Shown here piece by piece: positions 22,966 through 36,337 of a DNA stretch of 64,000 nt. Source of the DNA: Macrostomum lignano (Eukaryota); the NCBI GenBank assembly GCA_002269645.1, contig NIVC01001700.1:1-64000 (forward strand). Direction: 5' to 3'. Position 1 is the stretch's first letter. Each line of letters starts with the position of its first letter. The translations under genes and the position numbers were made by a program. A model generated the notes under the pieces. The model saw only the letters and a program-made list of their open reading frames with translations, was not told the origin of the DNA and ran no database searches.

Positions 22966-24159
22966 GGCCAGAGGAGGGGAGAGTGGAGGAGAGGACGTGA
23001 GAAAAGAGATGAGATGGTAAAGAAAAGTATAGGAGAGAAAGTAGAGAAGAGAAGGAAAGAGGAGAAAAGAGAGAGGAGAAAGGAGAATATAGAGAAGGGA
23101 GCTGAGAATAGACACAAACCTTGAGCGGACGTTAGTAACTCGGCTGTAACTTTGGCTAAAAAGCCGAAATTTCTTTAACCAGCTTGCCAGATTATTAACG
23201 AAGAGTTCCCGTCCTGCCATATCTCTGAGTAAGATGTATATCACTGCACAGCCGCCTTCTCAGCTCACCAAGTAGATCAGAACCGTCTTCCTAGATCAAT
23301 GATTGTTGGGTAAAGCTGTCATCCTTGCGAATTCCAAGTATAGAGCCGCCACCACATTCGGCGTCTTAAAGGACACGTACGTACGGTTTGTATTGATTGT
23401 CCCAGTAACGACTACTTATAACTGTCTGTCGTTACAGAGCCGAGACCAGAGACCTAGCTAATGGGTTTTTCCTAGACAGATACAGATATATGTTTGTGAA
23501 TATTGAGACGGGACAAAAAGCGATTTAAAAACACCTAGACAATGATGATATTCATATTTCAGTGGCACTGACCGACGACCCAGAGAGACAACAATTGAAA
23601 GCTATATTTTAAAATATAATACTCGTAGATAAACCAACGGCGCGCATATTTGGGTAGGCCAGACAGTTCAGAATTGGATACTAATGAAGTAGCTACTTAT
23701 TTATTTATTTAGAAGTGCCAAAAATGCGCTCGTTCAGAAGATTTGAAGTCCTGAATGACTGAAAGAATGAAAGCAAAACAGATGAAGGACAGACTACAGA
23801 CTACCAGGCACCAAACACACCTCATCCGTAGCCCGTATGATTTATTCAGCAAAGCAGGCGTATGTATATAAAATTAATTGAAAGCGAAGGCTCACATCAT
23901 AATTTATTAGGTTTGCTACAGCCAGTTTATTGACTTTTTTGACATTGAATAACAGTTCTGAGATACGCTCGAGTCTTAAACACAGAAATCGCCGCTGTTG
24001 TGTCTATTTATTGGTTATCGATTTCTTCCGCTGGACCTGCCGCCAGAAAAGTGTTTCAGATTGCTTTGAAATAAAACTTGATTTAATCATTGCCGATGCC
24101 TGATTTGATTGCTTAGTCTGTCCAAGTAGGCTGGAGACGCGCCTCTTAGCTTGAAACGC

Positions 24160-24605
24160 CTAGCGCCTCCGCCTCTTGCCGAACCTGCGGAAGGGGAGAG
24201 AATCCCTAATTCTTATTTTCCGTTGCAAATCAGCCATCGCAGTGTCCAAGTCACTTATCTACTGTCTGCCCATCTATATCTCCGCCAGTATTAAGTTCTT
24301 GCATACCTCGGCCGTCCCACTAGGGCATAGTAAAGCTGCAGCCGCTCCAGGTATTCCTTAAGCGCCTCAGGCGATTGGAACTTGTTGGGATCCAGCAGCT
24401 GGTTGGGATCCCCACCTGCGCCGGGTGGGCCGCCAATGCCCCCGCCGAAGTTGAAGTCAGCTCCGTCGGCGCCGCCGCTGAGCCCCAGGCTGGTCAGCTG
24501 CAGCGACCTGTCGTCCTCGCCGAATGCCGCAGCGGTATCGCCGCCGCCCGGCAGCAGCATTAGAAGGCCCAACAGCAGTGCGCCTGGCAGGGAGTTCACC
24601 GTCAT
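24160..24605 (-). CDS. npf: Neuropeptide F (NPY/NPF family) precursor, 2 coding exons
   Basis: Exon 24307-24605 encodes a signal peptide and FQSPEALKEYLERLQLYYALVGRP-R. A phase-2 intron (ag|gtatgc...ccgcag|g) falls in the penultimate Arg codon, the conserved NPY/NPF intron position. Exon 24160-24184 gives FGKRRRR-stop, so the mature peptide ends GRPRF-amide. Confidence 0.95.
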
Positions 24606-25109
24606 GCTTAAATTCACGATGCAAAACTGAGTGGAACTTCCAACACTAAACCTGTTATATTAGTTTCTGGTTGGGCCCGTCAAACTGGCAGAATTGGGCT
24701 TGGGAATCAACTGTGTGCAGCCAGACGCATTCTCGAGCTTGTCTATAATCTCAAGTCAGGGGTGTACCAGTAGGGCTGAGAGGCAGGCTCAGGTCTGAGC
24801 GAATGCTCATTGGCTCTTGGACATCTGCTAGCTAGCTATAGGTTGTATCCGGATAGCTGGCTACATCCTAGTCGATATTTTGACCATTAGCACTTCGACT
24901 TCCAAATTTGCAATGTCTCTTCACCATGCAGATTCGTTTCAATTTTCCTCTCTTATTGTTTACAATCACAAACTTGGAGACAAATCTGGTGAATGCTGTA
25001 TGTTAAAAAAGCTATAGTTGGAACAGCCATCCTGCAGCCAAACCATATTTTGCGGTCACACAACTTTTCATGCATTTTTGTGAGCTTATGTATGTACATC
25101 AATAACACT

Positions 25110-25411
25110 ACGGGCACCCTGGCGCAACGCCTTCGGCGACATTGTCCTGCAACCAGCCATTTCTCTGACTCCTGAGCACATGCAGGCGCGTGTATACTAC
25201 ACACGCTCACACACGATACAGCACCCCTGGATTTCTAATCGTCAAGGATGTACACTTTCTGTGCCTTTGGGGGTTGGCCCTCGTGGTGTGAATCGCACGA
25301 CAAACCCTGGCCATAATTTTCGTGCATAAGCCTCAAATGAATGTGGCTGCATGCGCACGGCATCGAGCCAGGGGTCGTGGCGTGAGAATCAGACACGTTC
25401 ACCGCTAAGCT
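25110..25411 (-). mobile_element. tRNA-derived SINE family 1 copy
   Basis: On the minus strand: head AGCTTAGCGG...GGCTCGATGCC (A/B-box-like), GTCGTGCGATT...AAGGCACAG and a degenerate GTGTACA core. Confidence 0.7.
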
Positions 25412-25779
25412 GCTTTGCGCCCTCGGTAATTTGTCCATCAGTCGGGTGGTTAGATGGCTCTCTTGATGGCAAGTGGTGTGTATGAGCTTTAAACCTATGC
25501 TTATAGAAAGTGGCAATGCAGTGAGATATGAAAGAGATCAGCAATATCGCCCCAACTGTTTTAACCAACTCTGCTTTGCCATTTTAGAATCTTTTATGCA
25601 CGGTTTTCAGTTTTTTAATCGTTTCTGCTGTAAACATAGCATGTAAAATTGTTTTCGACCATAAATCGACAGTAAAAAATCAATCCCAAAATAGCATAAT
25701 TGCAAAAAATTGATTATGCAATTTGGAAATTGAAAAATTTGTTTCCCGAGTATTATCATTTCGGCGGAGAAGCAGAAGC

Positions 25780-25880
25780 AGAAGCGTGTCGATCTGCGTC
25801 CTGATCTGCCGGCCGTTTAGGAGTTCACTCGGAGAGTAGCCGTTGCCAGTCGGGGTCCGCCGATATTGCATCAGAAATTA
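25780..25880 (-). pseudogene. Ty3/Gypsy-type integrase C-terminal remnant
   Basis: QYRRTPTGNGYSPSELLNGRQIRTQIDTL matches the YR.TP...TG.SP.ELL.GR.IRT.LD motif that follows the integrase core. No flanking LTR element is visible. Confidence 0.55.
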
Positions 25881-26705
25881 TTGCAGTGCTCGTAGAGGTG
25901 GCAGGCTCGAATTCTGCATGGCCTTCTTGAAGGTCTGGACTAGGCGTTCGGCCGCACCGTTAGTAGCTAGTTCACATAGGTTTGCCCTATATTCTCGGGT
26001 GCTTATATTCGTGGTACCGATAGTAACATCAACAAAGCGGAACAATTAGCTATGGACTCTAAAGCCCCTTCCCCGTTCAACGTTCACACTGCCATCCAAT
26101 AATGCCAAATTTCGTGTCATCACTCGACTTTTACATCCACTTGCATTCTTTTGTACATCAGTCAATGTGGTTTGATGGCTTTATTCGATGACAGTGTCAA
26201 TCAGCCTTAACTGTCCCATTCGAAAGACTTACGCTCGAGTATTGTCAGTGGTCCTAGACGCGGCCAAAAAAATTCTCGGGCTTATAGATACGATCGCCTA
26301 CAATTCCATCCTGGGATCAAGTCATCCCCATGTGTACGCTGGGAGGATGTCCTTCGATCTCGATTCTTAAAATAACAAAAGACCCTGCAGCTAACAACCA
26401 CAATAGCCATGCAGTAACTCCGTGCTTCATCATTACAGACAACATGAATAGACCGTTGCTCTTGACAGCTTAATTATAGTTGATATGATGTGGCTCGATT
26501 GAATTAATAGGTGCATGGCTACTAAAGCCTAAAAATTTTTAAGCATAAGCTATCGAGTATTGATAAGAAACTCATTGATAAATGCGTGGGAAGAAACACT
26601 TGGCTAATCAACTTGACTTGACTTAGCTGCAGGGGGCTCCGTGCGTCCGGAAACAGCGAGGAGGCGTTGCCGCCCATTTCGCTAGCCCCTGGCGACCACG
26701 GGCAG

Positions 26706-29700
26706 CTAGTGCTGCGGTGTCGCGCAGGGAGTTCCGGTGGCGCCGGTGTCCGCAGCGCGGTCCCACTCCGGAGAGTCCAGGAGGTGGACTGTCGCTCGCC
26801 TGGTATCCCTTAGGTAGCGGACGAGCTGGCAGAGATTCTCGGGCCTGAAAACGTCGGAGAGGTCCGGGTTTGGGCCGAGGTAGGTGAGCCTGTCCTGGGT
26901 AAAGGCGGGGCATTCACAGATGAAGTGCTCCGCATTCTGGACACCGGAGAGGCAGAATGGGCATTCCTCACTGCGGATTTTCCCCTGGAGGTGACGATGC
27001 CTGGCAAAGCAGCCATGACCCGAGAGGGCCATGGTCACGCCCTGATGTCCCTGCGGTTGAGTCCAAGCAGGGCCCTGCGCAGGGCGGAGGAAGGACAGGG
27101 TACAGCCGCGCGGGATTGCCGCAGTCGGGGCGTTAGCCCACCTCTCCCTGTGCTTAGAAGCCACCTACTGGTTGCTACGAGTGGTGACAACGGCGGTGGG
27201 GGGTGGCCACGGGCAGGGGACCAGTGAAAGAACCGGTCGAGCCAGCCTTGGCCAGGCGATCGGCCAGCTCGTTGCAGGAGTGGCCCGAATGCCCGGGGAT
27301 CCACCTTAGGGACACCTTGTTACGAGTAGAGGCGCCTAAGCGGTTGAGCTGCCCGATACAGTCGAGGACTGTACGCGACCAGGTGGTGGTGCGCTCAAAG
27401 GCGTGAATCGCCGCTTGACTGTCTGAGTGTAGGGTAATTTCCTTCCCCCAGACGCGCTGATTGTACAGCTCCATGGTTCTGGAAGACGTTGGAGCAGGTG
27501 CCGGTGTGTTGGGAGAAGGTCGCCAGAGTTCTCCCTCCAGACACGATGCAGTAGCCGTAGCCAGAGGCGGAGGTGATTTGGGACCCGTCAGTGAAGCAGT
27601 GGATTTCATGGGGTTTCCAGTTGTCTCTTGCTTCATGACGTGGTGGAATGCTGGTTTTGAATTTGAGCGGAGGGCAGAGCGTCGACGGGATTCCGTCCGA
27701 GAGGGTCAGCAGACCTCTCGCTGCTTCCAGGTCTCGCAGGCTGAGGTCGCCATGCAGCCGGAGGTTCCGCTTTCTGAAGGCAAACTGCTTCTGGATTTGG
27801 ACACCCGCGTCAAGCAGACGGCGGGTGGTTTTCATTGCCTCCCCTCTAACAAAGAGGTCGAGGGGGGAATTTCTAAGGAGTTCATGCCAGCGAAGGGCGT
27901 AGAGGGAGCCGCGCTCATAGCTCGACAAGCGCGGCCTTGCACCCTATTTAGAACCTCAAGAACCCCTTTCACCTTTAGGGCACTATTCCAAATGAAGCCG
28001 GCGAAGGAGATGGCCGGTCTAACAATGGCAGTGTAAATCCACCAGAGGCGGCGGGGGGTGAGGCCCCAGGTAGCACCGAAAGCTCTGTGGATCTGCACGA
28101 GAGTCGCGAGAGCTTTGCGGGCTTTGGTTTGGACGTGCGGGGTCCAGCTCAACCTGTGGTCGAGGGTGACGCCCAGACATCTGGTTTGTTTCTCCATGGC
28201 AACAGGTTTGCCATAGAGGGAGAGCGGTTCGATCCTCCAGTTTCGGCGGCTGGTGAACATGATAGCCACGGTTTTAGACTCAGAGAACCTGAGACCGCAG
28301 CTATGTGCCCAGCGCTCGGCACGGTGGATGGAGGCTTGAAGGAGGTCCCTGAGGACCGCGGGCGATGGTCCAGCCACAGTGGCGGTAACATCGTCCGCAT
28401 AGCCGACCTTCTGAACTGGGTCCGGATGCGGGCTGCAAAGCAGCTCATCCATGACTAAATTCCAGAGGATCGGGCTGAGGACTCCACCTTGCGGTCCGAC
28501 TTTCTGGACTTCCACGGAGCGTGAGTGTCCCAGGAGGTGCGAGGTGGCAGTACGATGGGAGACCATGTACATGACCCAGCGAGTGAAGTGCTCGTGCGTG
28601 CCCCGGGATTCCAGGGCCCGCTTAAAGGCTTCAAAGAGCACATTATCGAAAGCACCATCAATGTCGAGGAGAAGCGACAGCGCGTATCCACTGCCAAGCA
28701 CGGCGCGCTCCAGCTTGTCGACAATGGCATGCAGCGCACTTTCGATGGAGCGTCCAGGACGAAAGGCGTGCTGATTAGGGGAGAGCGGGGAGTTCCTCAG
28801 CTCTACGAGGAGAAGGCGCCAGAGCACCAGCCGTTTCATCAGTTTGAGGAAGAAAGACGTCAGACTGATAGGGCGGTAAGCTTTGGCAGAGTGATAGTCT
28901 CCCTTCCCTGGCTTGGGTATGAAGACTACCGTAGCCTCTTGCCAGGCTTTTGGCACGTACCCGAGGGTAATGCTGGCCTTGAAGAGGTTGCAGAGGAGGC
29001 CGAGAAACCTGTCATTTTTAGCTACCTCATGGAGGAAGGCAGGATAAATGTTGTCAGGTTCCGGTGACTTGCCGTCCGGTCTTTTAATGACTGAGAGCTT
29101 TGACATTTTGTCGAGGGTGAGAGCCTTAACCACGCGTGAAGTAGGGCGGGTGCCTTCTAACTCCGCGCAGTATTGGCGCCATTTGTCGGACTTGGCTTTC
29201 CTGGTTTCACGCTTAAAGTCGCGGATCGCTTCTTGGTAATCGGCCAGGTCAGCTGGGTCCTTGCTCTTGCGAGCTTTCTCTGAAGATTGGAGGCACTTTG
29301 CCTTGCGCCGCAGGGATCCAAGCGCCGGGTTTCTTGCAAGGCAAGGGGCGGATTTCTTGCCTTTGTAGCTTTAAGAGGACAGGAAGCCTCATGGGCTGTC
29401 AGGACGGTCTTGCTGAGCAAGTCTGCAAGGTCATCCACTTCCTGACAGGTGGTTGGAGCTGCGGTAGACAGCTGATCTTTCTGGCATTTCAGGGTTTCCG
29501 TGAAAACCGTCCAGTTAGTGTTTCGGATGTTCCTTTTCCACAGGATGTGAGGCTTGGGGCAAGAGGATTGCAATCGAAAACGAACGAAGCGATGGTCAGA
29601 CAGAGATTCCTCTTCGTCCCAAACCTCCCAGTCCTTGACTAAAGGAGTCAAGCCATGGGAGACGAGGGTAACATCGAGGGCCTCCCTCCATCGCCCGTTG

Positions 29701-30257
29701 TCAAAGGTGGGGGTTCCACCAATGTTGCAAAACTCAGTATTGGTAGTGCAGATGTAAGCAAGGAGTTCCTCGCCTCTGCTGTTGGAAGTATTACTGCCCC
29801 AGTGGGTGTGGTGAGCGTTGACGTCGCCCGCCACCAGCAGCTCGAACCTACGGTTAGGGCAGTAGTCCACGAGGGAGGTGAGGTTGGGTGGAACCGCGGG
29901 GCCATCGCCAGGGATCGAGGCGATGATGACCGTGCGGTTGGTGATAATGTGGTTGGACTGAATGACACAGAGGTCTCTGTCAGAGAGGTCCGGTCTGTGC
30001 CAAGCTTTGAGATGGGTAGACACGAACATGGCTGCTCTGGGGTTTTTAGGGTCTTGAAAACAGTCAAAACCAGCAGGAATATTCAGAATCTTACCTTTCT
30101 TTGTCCAGGGTTCCTGGAGTAGGATAATGCCCGGTTTCACAAAGTTTGCCACCCGCATCAGGTTGGTCGAGGCCGCGATGCAGTGTTGTAGGTTTAGCTG
30201 CAGGATGTCCACTCCGGGGATTCCACGAGTGGTCCGCGCAGCTTCCTGTCGGCTCAA
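26706..30257 (-). pseudogene. LINE copy 2 ORF2: APE, RT, RNase H, zinc knuckle; multiple frameshifts
   Basis: LQLNLQH, QEPW, GDVNAHH, SDHR; YRPISLTS, PQGGVLSP, GYADD; FTDGS, HSDSQAA, WIPGHSG; GHGCFARH...CPFC...HFICEC, spread over several frames. Confidence 0.92.
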
Positions 30258-31548
30258 GGCGAGTTGTGCAGTAGAGCTGCCTCTTCTGCCTCGCCGATGG
30301 CTCCAAGCTCCAGTTCCATGGGCTCCTCCCAGATGGTCTCCAAGGTCGAGGGCGATGCGTTCACCTGGGCGGCATTCTCGCTCTCGGCCCAGTTTTCCGG
30401 GGGGGGGGGCGCAGTGGTGACACTGGGCTGGGGGTTGCTGCGGTTGTGGGCCCTGGCGGTGTCCAGCAGCTGCTTCGCGCGCTGAGTCAGACCAGAGCGG
30501 ATAGTGTTCCGGGCGGGTTTCCGGCCCTTTCCACGTCCGCCTGTTGCTGCAGCTTTCGCGGCTTTCCCTCTGACAGGGTCCACGTCCTCGGAGGGGTCGT
30601 GACGAACGGGAGCTTCTTTTCCTGGGCGTTTCCGCCCGGCAGAGCCCCCGCTCGCCCGCTTACGCTTCTCCGGGGGCGGTGGACGGGTGGCGTCAGAATC
30701 AAAGCTAAAGAGAACCAAGAATAACTACGATACCGTTTTCCGTAGGCTCCGGGTTGGTAGCCACTAGCAGGTGACGCAGCTCGTCGGCCTTGGTGATGCA
30801 GCTGCGAGCCGGGATCCAGGCACGGTGCCGGTGTGTCCGGGGTCGTTCGTCCTCCCTGTAGATAAACAGGTTTTCCAGCTCCGTGCCCCAGTCGAAGGTT
30901 TTCAGCAGCTCGAGGGCTTGGTTCTCGACTTTCGTATTTTGGACTGGAATAGCGGTACCGCTCAAGGCCATCTTGACCAGGTAGGAGTCCAACCTGCACC
31001 AGATAAGGTCGAGCTGTTCGGCCGTAAGAGGCGTCTCCTGGCCTTGGATAACCAGGGCCGGCTGCCTCGGCCATAGCCGCGTAGGTGCGCTTCGGCTTGG
31101 TGGTTTGGCCAGCACCCCCCGCTTTGGATCCCTCCACAGCCGTGGGAGCTTCCACACGGGCAGAGGTCCCGCCACGAAAGGGGCCAGTCGCACCAGGAGC
31201 TTCGCAAGGCACCTGATGCATCTGGCCGGCGCGCGGGGTCCACCCCCTTGTCGGATGTCGGCTCCTCCGCGGGGTTCGCAGAGTTACCGGCACCCTCCTC
31301 GGAGGGCGGCTTTAGCATTCCTCCGTTCCTCCGCTTTGCGCTGGAGAAAGGCTACGGTCCCTCTTTTTAGAAATCTGAGGTCCGCTGTCTTGTTGTCCAG
31401 CCACTCCGGTGTTGTCCTGAGCGGCGGCAGCGGCAGACTGAGAGAGGCACCGGAGGTTCCGGTGTTGCGAATGTCCGGCTGGGCCGCGGTACCAACCTCG
31501 GTTGGTGCTCCAGCAGCCTCGGACGTGTTAGATGGAAATGGGGACTAG
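30254..31548 (-). pseudogene. LINE copy 2 ORF1 remnants
   Basis: Frameshifted segments homologous to copy 1 ORF1. The start codon is not clear. Confidence 0.65.
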
Positions 31549-32544
31549 AGGTGAGAAGCTGCTGGGCCGTAACCCCAAACCCACCAGCCAGGCAAAGAGG
31601 TAGCGACCGGGGGGTGGCTTAAGCCCTTACCGGCCCTACCGCTAGCAACCGAGCAACTCCCCGGCTAAGAGCCTGGCTTGGAAAAACCAGAGGCCGAACA
31701 AAGGACCATCAGCACGGTACTACACTGGGCCCTTGAGTGAAGCAGGAGGAGTGCCTCCGGAGCCTGCGGACTGGCCGCATACCCTGTTAAGGTCAGAGGG
31801 TGATACCTGTTCCTCATAGCCGTGGCCAGAGGTACCTGATACGCACAGTTTCACTCCCGGGCGGAGCCCGTACCCAACTTGGCCAACAGGCCACGGATGA
31901 GTTGCCGCCGCCGGAGCCCAGTCAGTCCAGCAGCCCTAGAGCTGCCTTGAACACATGCGGGGCGTGAACCCCTGGGTCGGCTTGCGAGTCAGCTTGGAGA
32001 GAGTTCTCCTGCCATTCCTGCACCAGAATAGAGGGGATGCAGGTGTGTAGGATTGCAGACCTTAGCTCGTAGGCCTGGTCTGTCTCATGCTACACAGGCA
32101 TGCTGAACCCACCTTGCATGCCTTGGCTAATCAAGGAGCATTCTAGTTTTTATCCGATCTATAAAGGTTGTGTTTTTGTTGGAAACGAGCTCTCGTGCGT
32201 AAGTGGACAATGTAAGTGCCTCAACCTTTCTCAAATGCCTTTCCTAAAGATTTCCGTACTGCGAAAAAGCTGCCCTTGAAATATGGCTTTGAGCATGAAG
32301 ACTTGCTTGCCGTCCCGAGAGACTCAACAACAGCAATCCGAATACAGAAGCACTAAAACATAAACAATAGCGACAGATTTGATTGAATATCTATCAATCT
32401 ATCAGCACTAGCTAGATTATACCTGCAACAAAACTCCTGAAGCTTGTAGTAGAATCTCCTCCTTTTGACACCCGTGAAATCAAAACTGGCGCGACACTTC
32501 TTAATTCCTCTTGCTTCGCATGGCGTTCGGTTCTGCAATTTTGT

Positions 32545-33716
32545 ATTATCCATCTAATGCAAAATCAATTGGAATAATTTATATTATCCATCTAATGCAA
32601 AATCAATTGGAATAATTTAGATTATCTATCTAATGCAAAATCAATTGGACTAATTTATATTATCCATCTAGTGCAAAATCAATTGGACTAATTTATATTA
32701 TCCATCTAATGCAAAATCAATTGGACTAATTTATACTATCCATCTAATGCAAAATCAATTGGACTAATTTATATTATCCATCTAGTGCAAAATCAATTGC
32801 ACTAATTTATATTATCCATCTATTGCAAAATCAATTGGACTAATTTACATTATCCATCTAATGCAAAATCAATTGGACTAATTTATATTATCCATCTAAT
32901 GCAAAATCAATTGGACTAATTTATATTATCCATCTATTGCAAAATCAATTGGACTAATTTATACTATCCATCTAATGCAAAATCAATTGGACTAATTTAT
33001 ACTATCCATCTAATGCAAAATCAATTGGACTAATTTATATTATCCATCTAGTGCAAAATCAATTGCACTAATTTATATTATCCATCTATTGCAAAATCAA
33101 TTGGACTAATTTACATTATCCATCTAATGCAAAATCAATTGGACTAATTTATATTATCCATCTAATGCAAAATCAATTGGACTAATTTATATTATCCATC
33201 TATTGCAAAATCAATTGGACTAATTTATACTATCCATCTAATGCAAAATCAATTGGACTAATTTATATTATCCATCTAGTGCAAAATCAATTGCACTAAT
33301 TTATATTATCCATCTATTGCAAAATCAATTGGACTAATTTACATTATCCATCTAATGCAAAATCAATTGGACTAATTTATATTATCCATCTATTGCAAAA
33401 TCAATTGGACTAATTTATATTATCCATCTAGTGCAAAATCAATTGCACTAATTTATATTATCCATCTATTGCAAAATCAATTGGACTAATTTACATTATC
33501 CATCTAATGCAAAATCAATTGGACTAATTTATATTATCCATCTAATGCAAAATCAATTGGACTAATTTATATTATCCATCTATTGCAAAATCAATTGGAC
33601 TAATTTATATTATCCATCTAATGCAAAATCAATTGGACTAATTTATATTATCCATCTAATGCAAAATCAATTGGAATAATTTATATTATCCATCTAATGC
33701 AAAATCAATTGGAATA
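32545..33716. repeat. AT-rich minisatellite, 38-bp unit ATCCATCTAATGCAAAATCAATTGGACTAATTTATATT
   Basis: About 30 copies, with recurring variant blocks. Confidence 0.97.
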
Positions 33717-36337
33717 TAGCTCGTATAAATCCTTTCATATTTTGTCTACTACACGTATACTCTCAAAGATGCTTCAGCCGACGAAAGAGATTATTTGAGT
33801 ATTTGAATAATTGAGTAGCCTATCAGGATACTTGATGACGCATTGAATTTCCTATCTGATCTCATTCAAAATCATTTCCCTTTGCTGCGAATCCGCTGTC
33901 GATGTTTAACACTTTCTTGGCCCATCTCACTCTCGTTCCGGCACTGCCCCTTCAGCTCATTAGGTGTAGCAGGGATTTAAGCACCGGTGTCACAGGAAAT
34001 CGAGGTGACATTCTGAGCTGAAAATTCGTTAATAGAAAAGCCCCGAACAAAACTTGGGCTTCAATTCGTGCGTTAATTACATGTACATTCTGGACGACAA
34101 GACTTGTCAGTCGGCCTGCTTCGCTCATTAGGGATTTCACCCTCATGCCTGAACAGTCACTCTCTCGCGATGAGAGGTTGTCAAGTTCATTCTTTAATCA
34201 AGCCGAAGACAAGCCGTCTGCTTTGAAGAGGGAATTGGCTTACGAGATTTCAAGAACTTTCTTATAGCCTGGTTTGTCAAGTGTCGTCGTGGATACTGCT
34301 TCTTTTCACTCGACCAAGTCATATTTTTATTGTCGAGATGCTTCATTTATCGTATACCACTCCAGCTAAAAGTAAAAATAATCAATACTGTGACGTTGTC
34401 AGTTGAGGTGGCCCCGACAAGGGCCGTTTCAGCAAAAGCAGTGCCATTCTATAATATTGTTAATTTGATGGTCTCGTACTCTAACGTCTGCTTATAGTAA
34501 TGCCCAAGGAATTTTGACAACATTGCGTGACGTTCGTAAAGCCTATGTACAATGCAATCGATAATTTCTGGGTTTTTTCAATTTGGTTTTCGCGCCGGCC
34601 AATAGGAAAGCCGCGCATATATTATGCTAGCCTGAAATTAAGCTTTCTCGTGCACCCACCCCCAGCCCGCTCTTTATCAGTCCTGTCTGGCTGGGGCGCC
34701 CGGGGTTAGCCTTGTTTTCCGGTCTGTCTCTCTCTCTTTGTCTCGCTCTCCCTCTCCTCCACTGCCAAGTTTACTCGGGCAAGTCCACTCAGCCAAACTT
34801 AAGCCACGCCACTATCCCGAGTGGGAATCACGCCACGCCTTCACCGTCGCCACTTCATCGCCGTAGCCCATTAGCTATCCATCGCCATTTTTGTTGCCTG
34901 CCGCAGTGCCCAGAGTACCGTAGCACGGATTCAGCACCAACCAGGCCCAGTCCCACTCTTATATTGCCGACAGAAATCTATAGTGAACGGGTCTATATGA
35001 CCATAATAAATTGTCGCCATCGGCCATAACCATTGACTGTGTTAAATCTGAGTGCTACCGCTACACAAATTGCCTCCGTTGTTATTCGCATTCGATAATT
35101 TGATCCTGGGACTGAGTCTGCCTTCAAATCGTCACAATACGATTTACGATTTACGAGTTGTTTTATAGTTTATTAAATAATTGCAGCTCACAATTGGAGC
35201 GAATTGCAAGTAGCTAGTACGGTAAACTAGTATAGAAATACTAAAAATGGTCTGTCGGTATCTAGTAGGTATATATAGTATAGAAACTATAAATATAGTT
35301 ACATGTATTACGAATTCGTTCTCTTTACCAGCACTGAATTGTAAGATGCATCGGATACCAAATGCCATCACCATAACTGATTTGGCAATATATCAATGGC
35401 AATATGATTTATTTTCATGCGATTGATTTGGCAGGAAATTCTAGTGGAACTGTATCTTGTCTGCGATTTGCTTAATTGATGATAGCAGGAGTCCCTTTGG
35501 TTCGTTTTGCTCTTCCGCAGCTACATCAAGTCACGAAGGCCTTACTGTATATCTATATAGGCTTAATTAGTGGGTCTGAACACTCTAAATCGGAAATAGT
35601 CATTACCTTGACCCCCGTTTTATTCTATTGTAAATGTATACAGCATAAACTTTTTACCCGGTCAGGCCCGTTAGCGTTTGGGGACAGCTGATCATATTTC
35701 CATATAGTATATATTCTATTGGCTTTGAAAAACTGTGCATGATAAAACGACAATAACATGACACCAGGTTTTTTCGAGCGTTAATAAAATGTAGTTAAAT
35801 TAATTCAGTTTGTTTAAAATAGTTAGCTACGTTAGTTTTTATTTGAACAGCAGGTGTACTGGTATTTTTGTGATGTTTTAATTGCTCGAAGGTTTTTAAG
35901 CAGAATTGTAAGCTCGATATAACTTTCTCAGATTTGATCAAAAGTTGCATTGCAAAGCAGGCAAATACACGCGCCTTGCGGGCCGGACTTTTAGATTATT
36001 TTTAAACGATAACGAAACGAAGAAGTGCAACATGCAGCCGATTAACAAAAGTATAACAAACATCTAAACTACATGACGCTGAGTAGGGATATTGGATACT
36101 TTAATCAAATAATTGCGATATGCTACTTACTCGCAAGTAGTCCTTGAGCGCACGTCGGGATTCGTGCTTAAAATAACAAAAATTAAACTTATGCTTCGAG
36201 ATTTTTATTTCATAAACAGAAGTTAAAGAAACAGCATAAAAACAAAATAAGAGAAAATGTGTACAATTGTGCGTGAACATTTCAAAAAACTTATTGGTTT
36301 CGATTTTCAAGCCATCCGTCCGTTTAATCTCGAGTTC

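Larger units (their letters stand above)
26612..32121 (-). mobile_element. Full-length non-LTR retrotransposon (LINE), LOA-like clade, decayed (copy 2)
   Basis: Exact 13-bp TSD CTTGGCTAATCAA at 26599-26611 and 32122-32134. Tail CTAAGTCAAGTCAAG. Same domain order as copy 1, and the 5' UTR motif is shared with copy 1. Confidence 0.93.
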
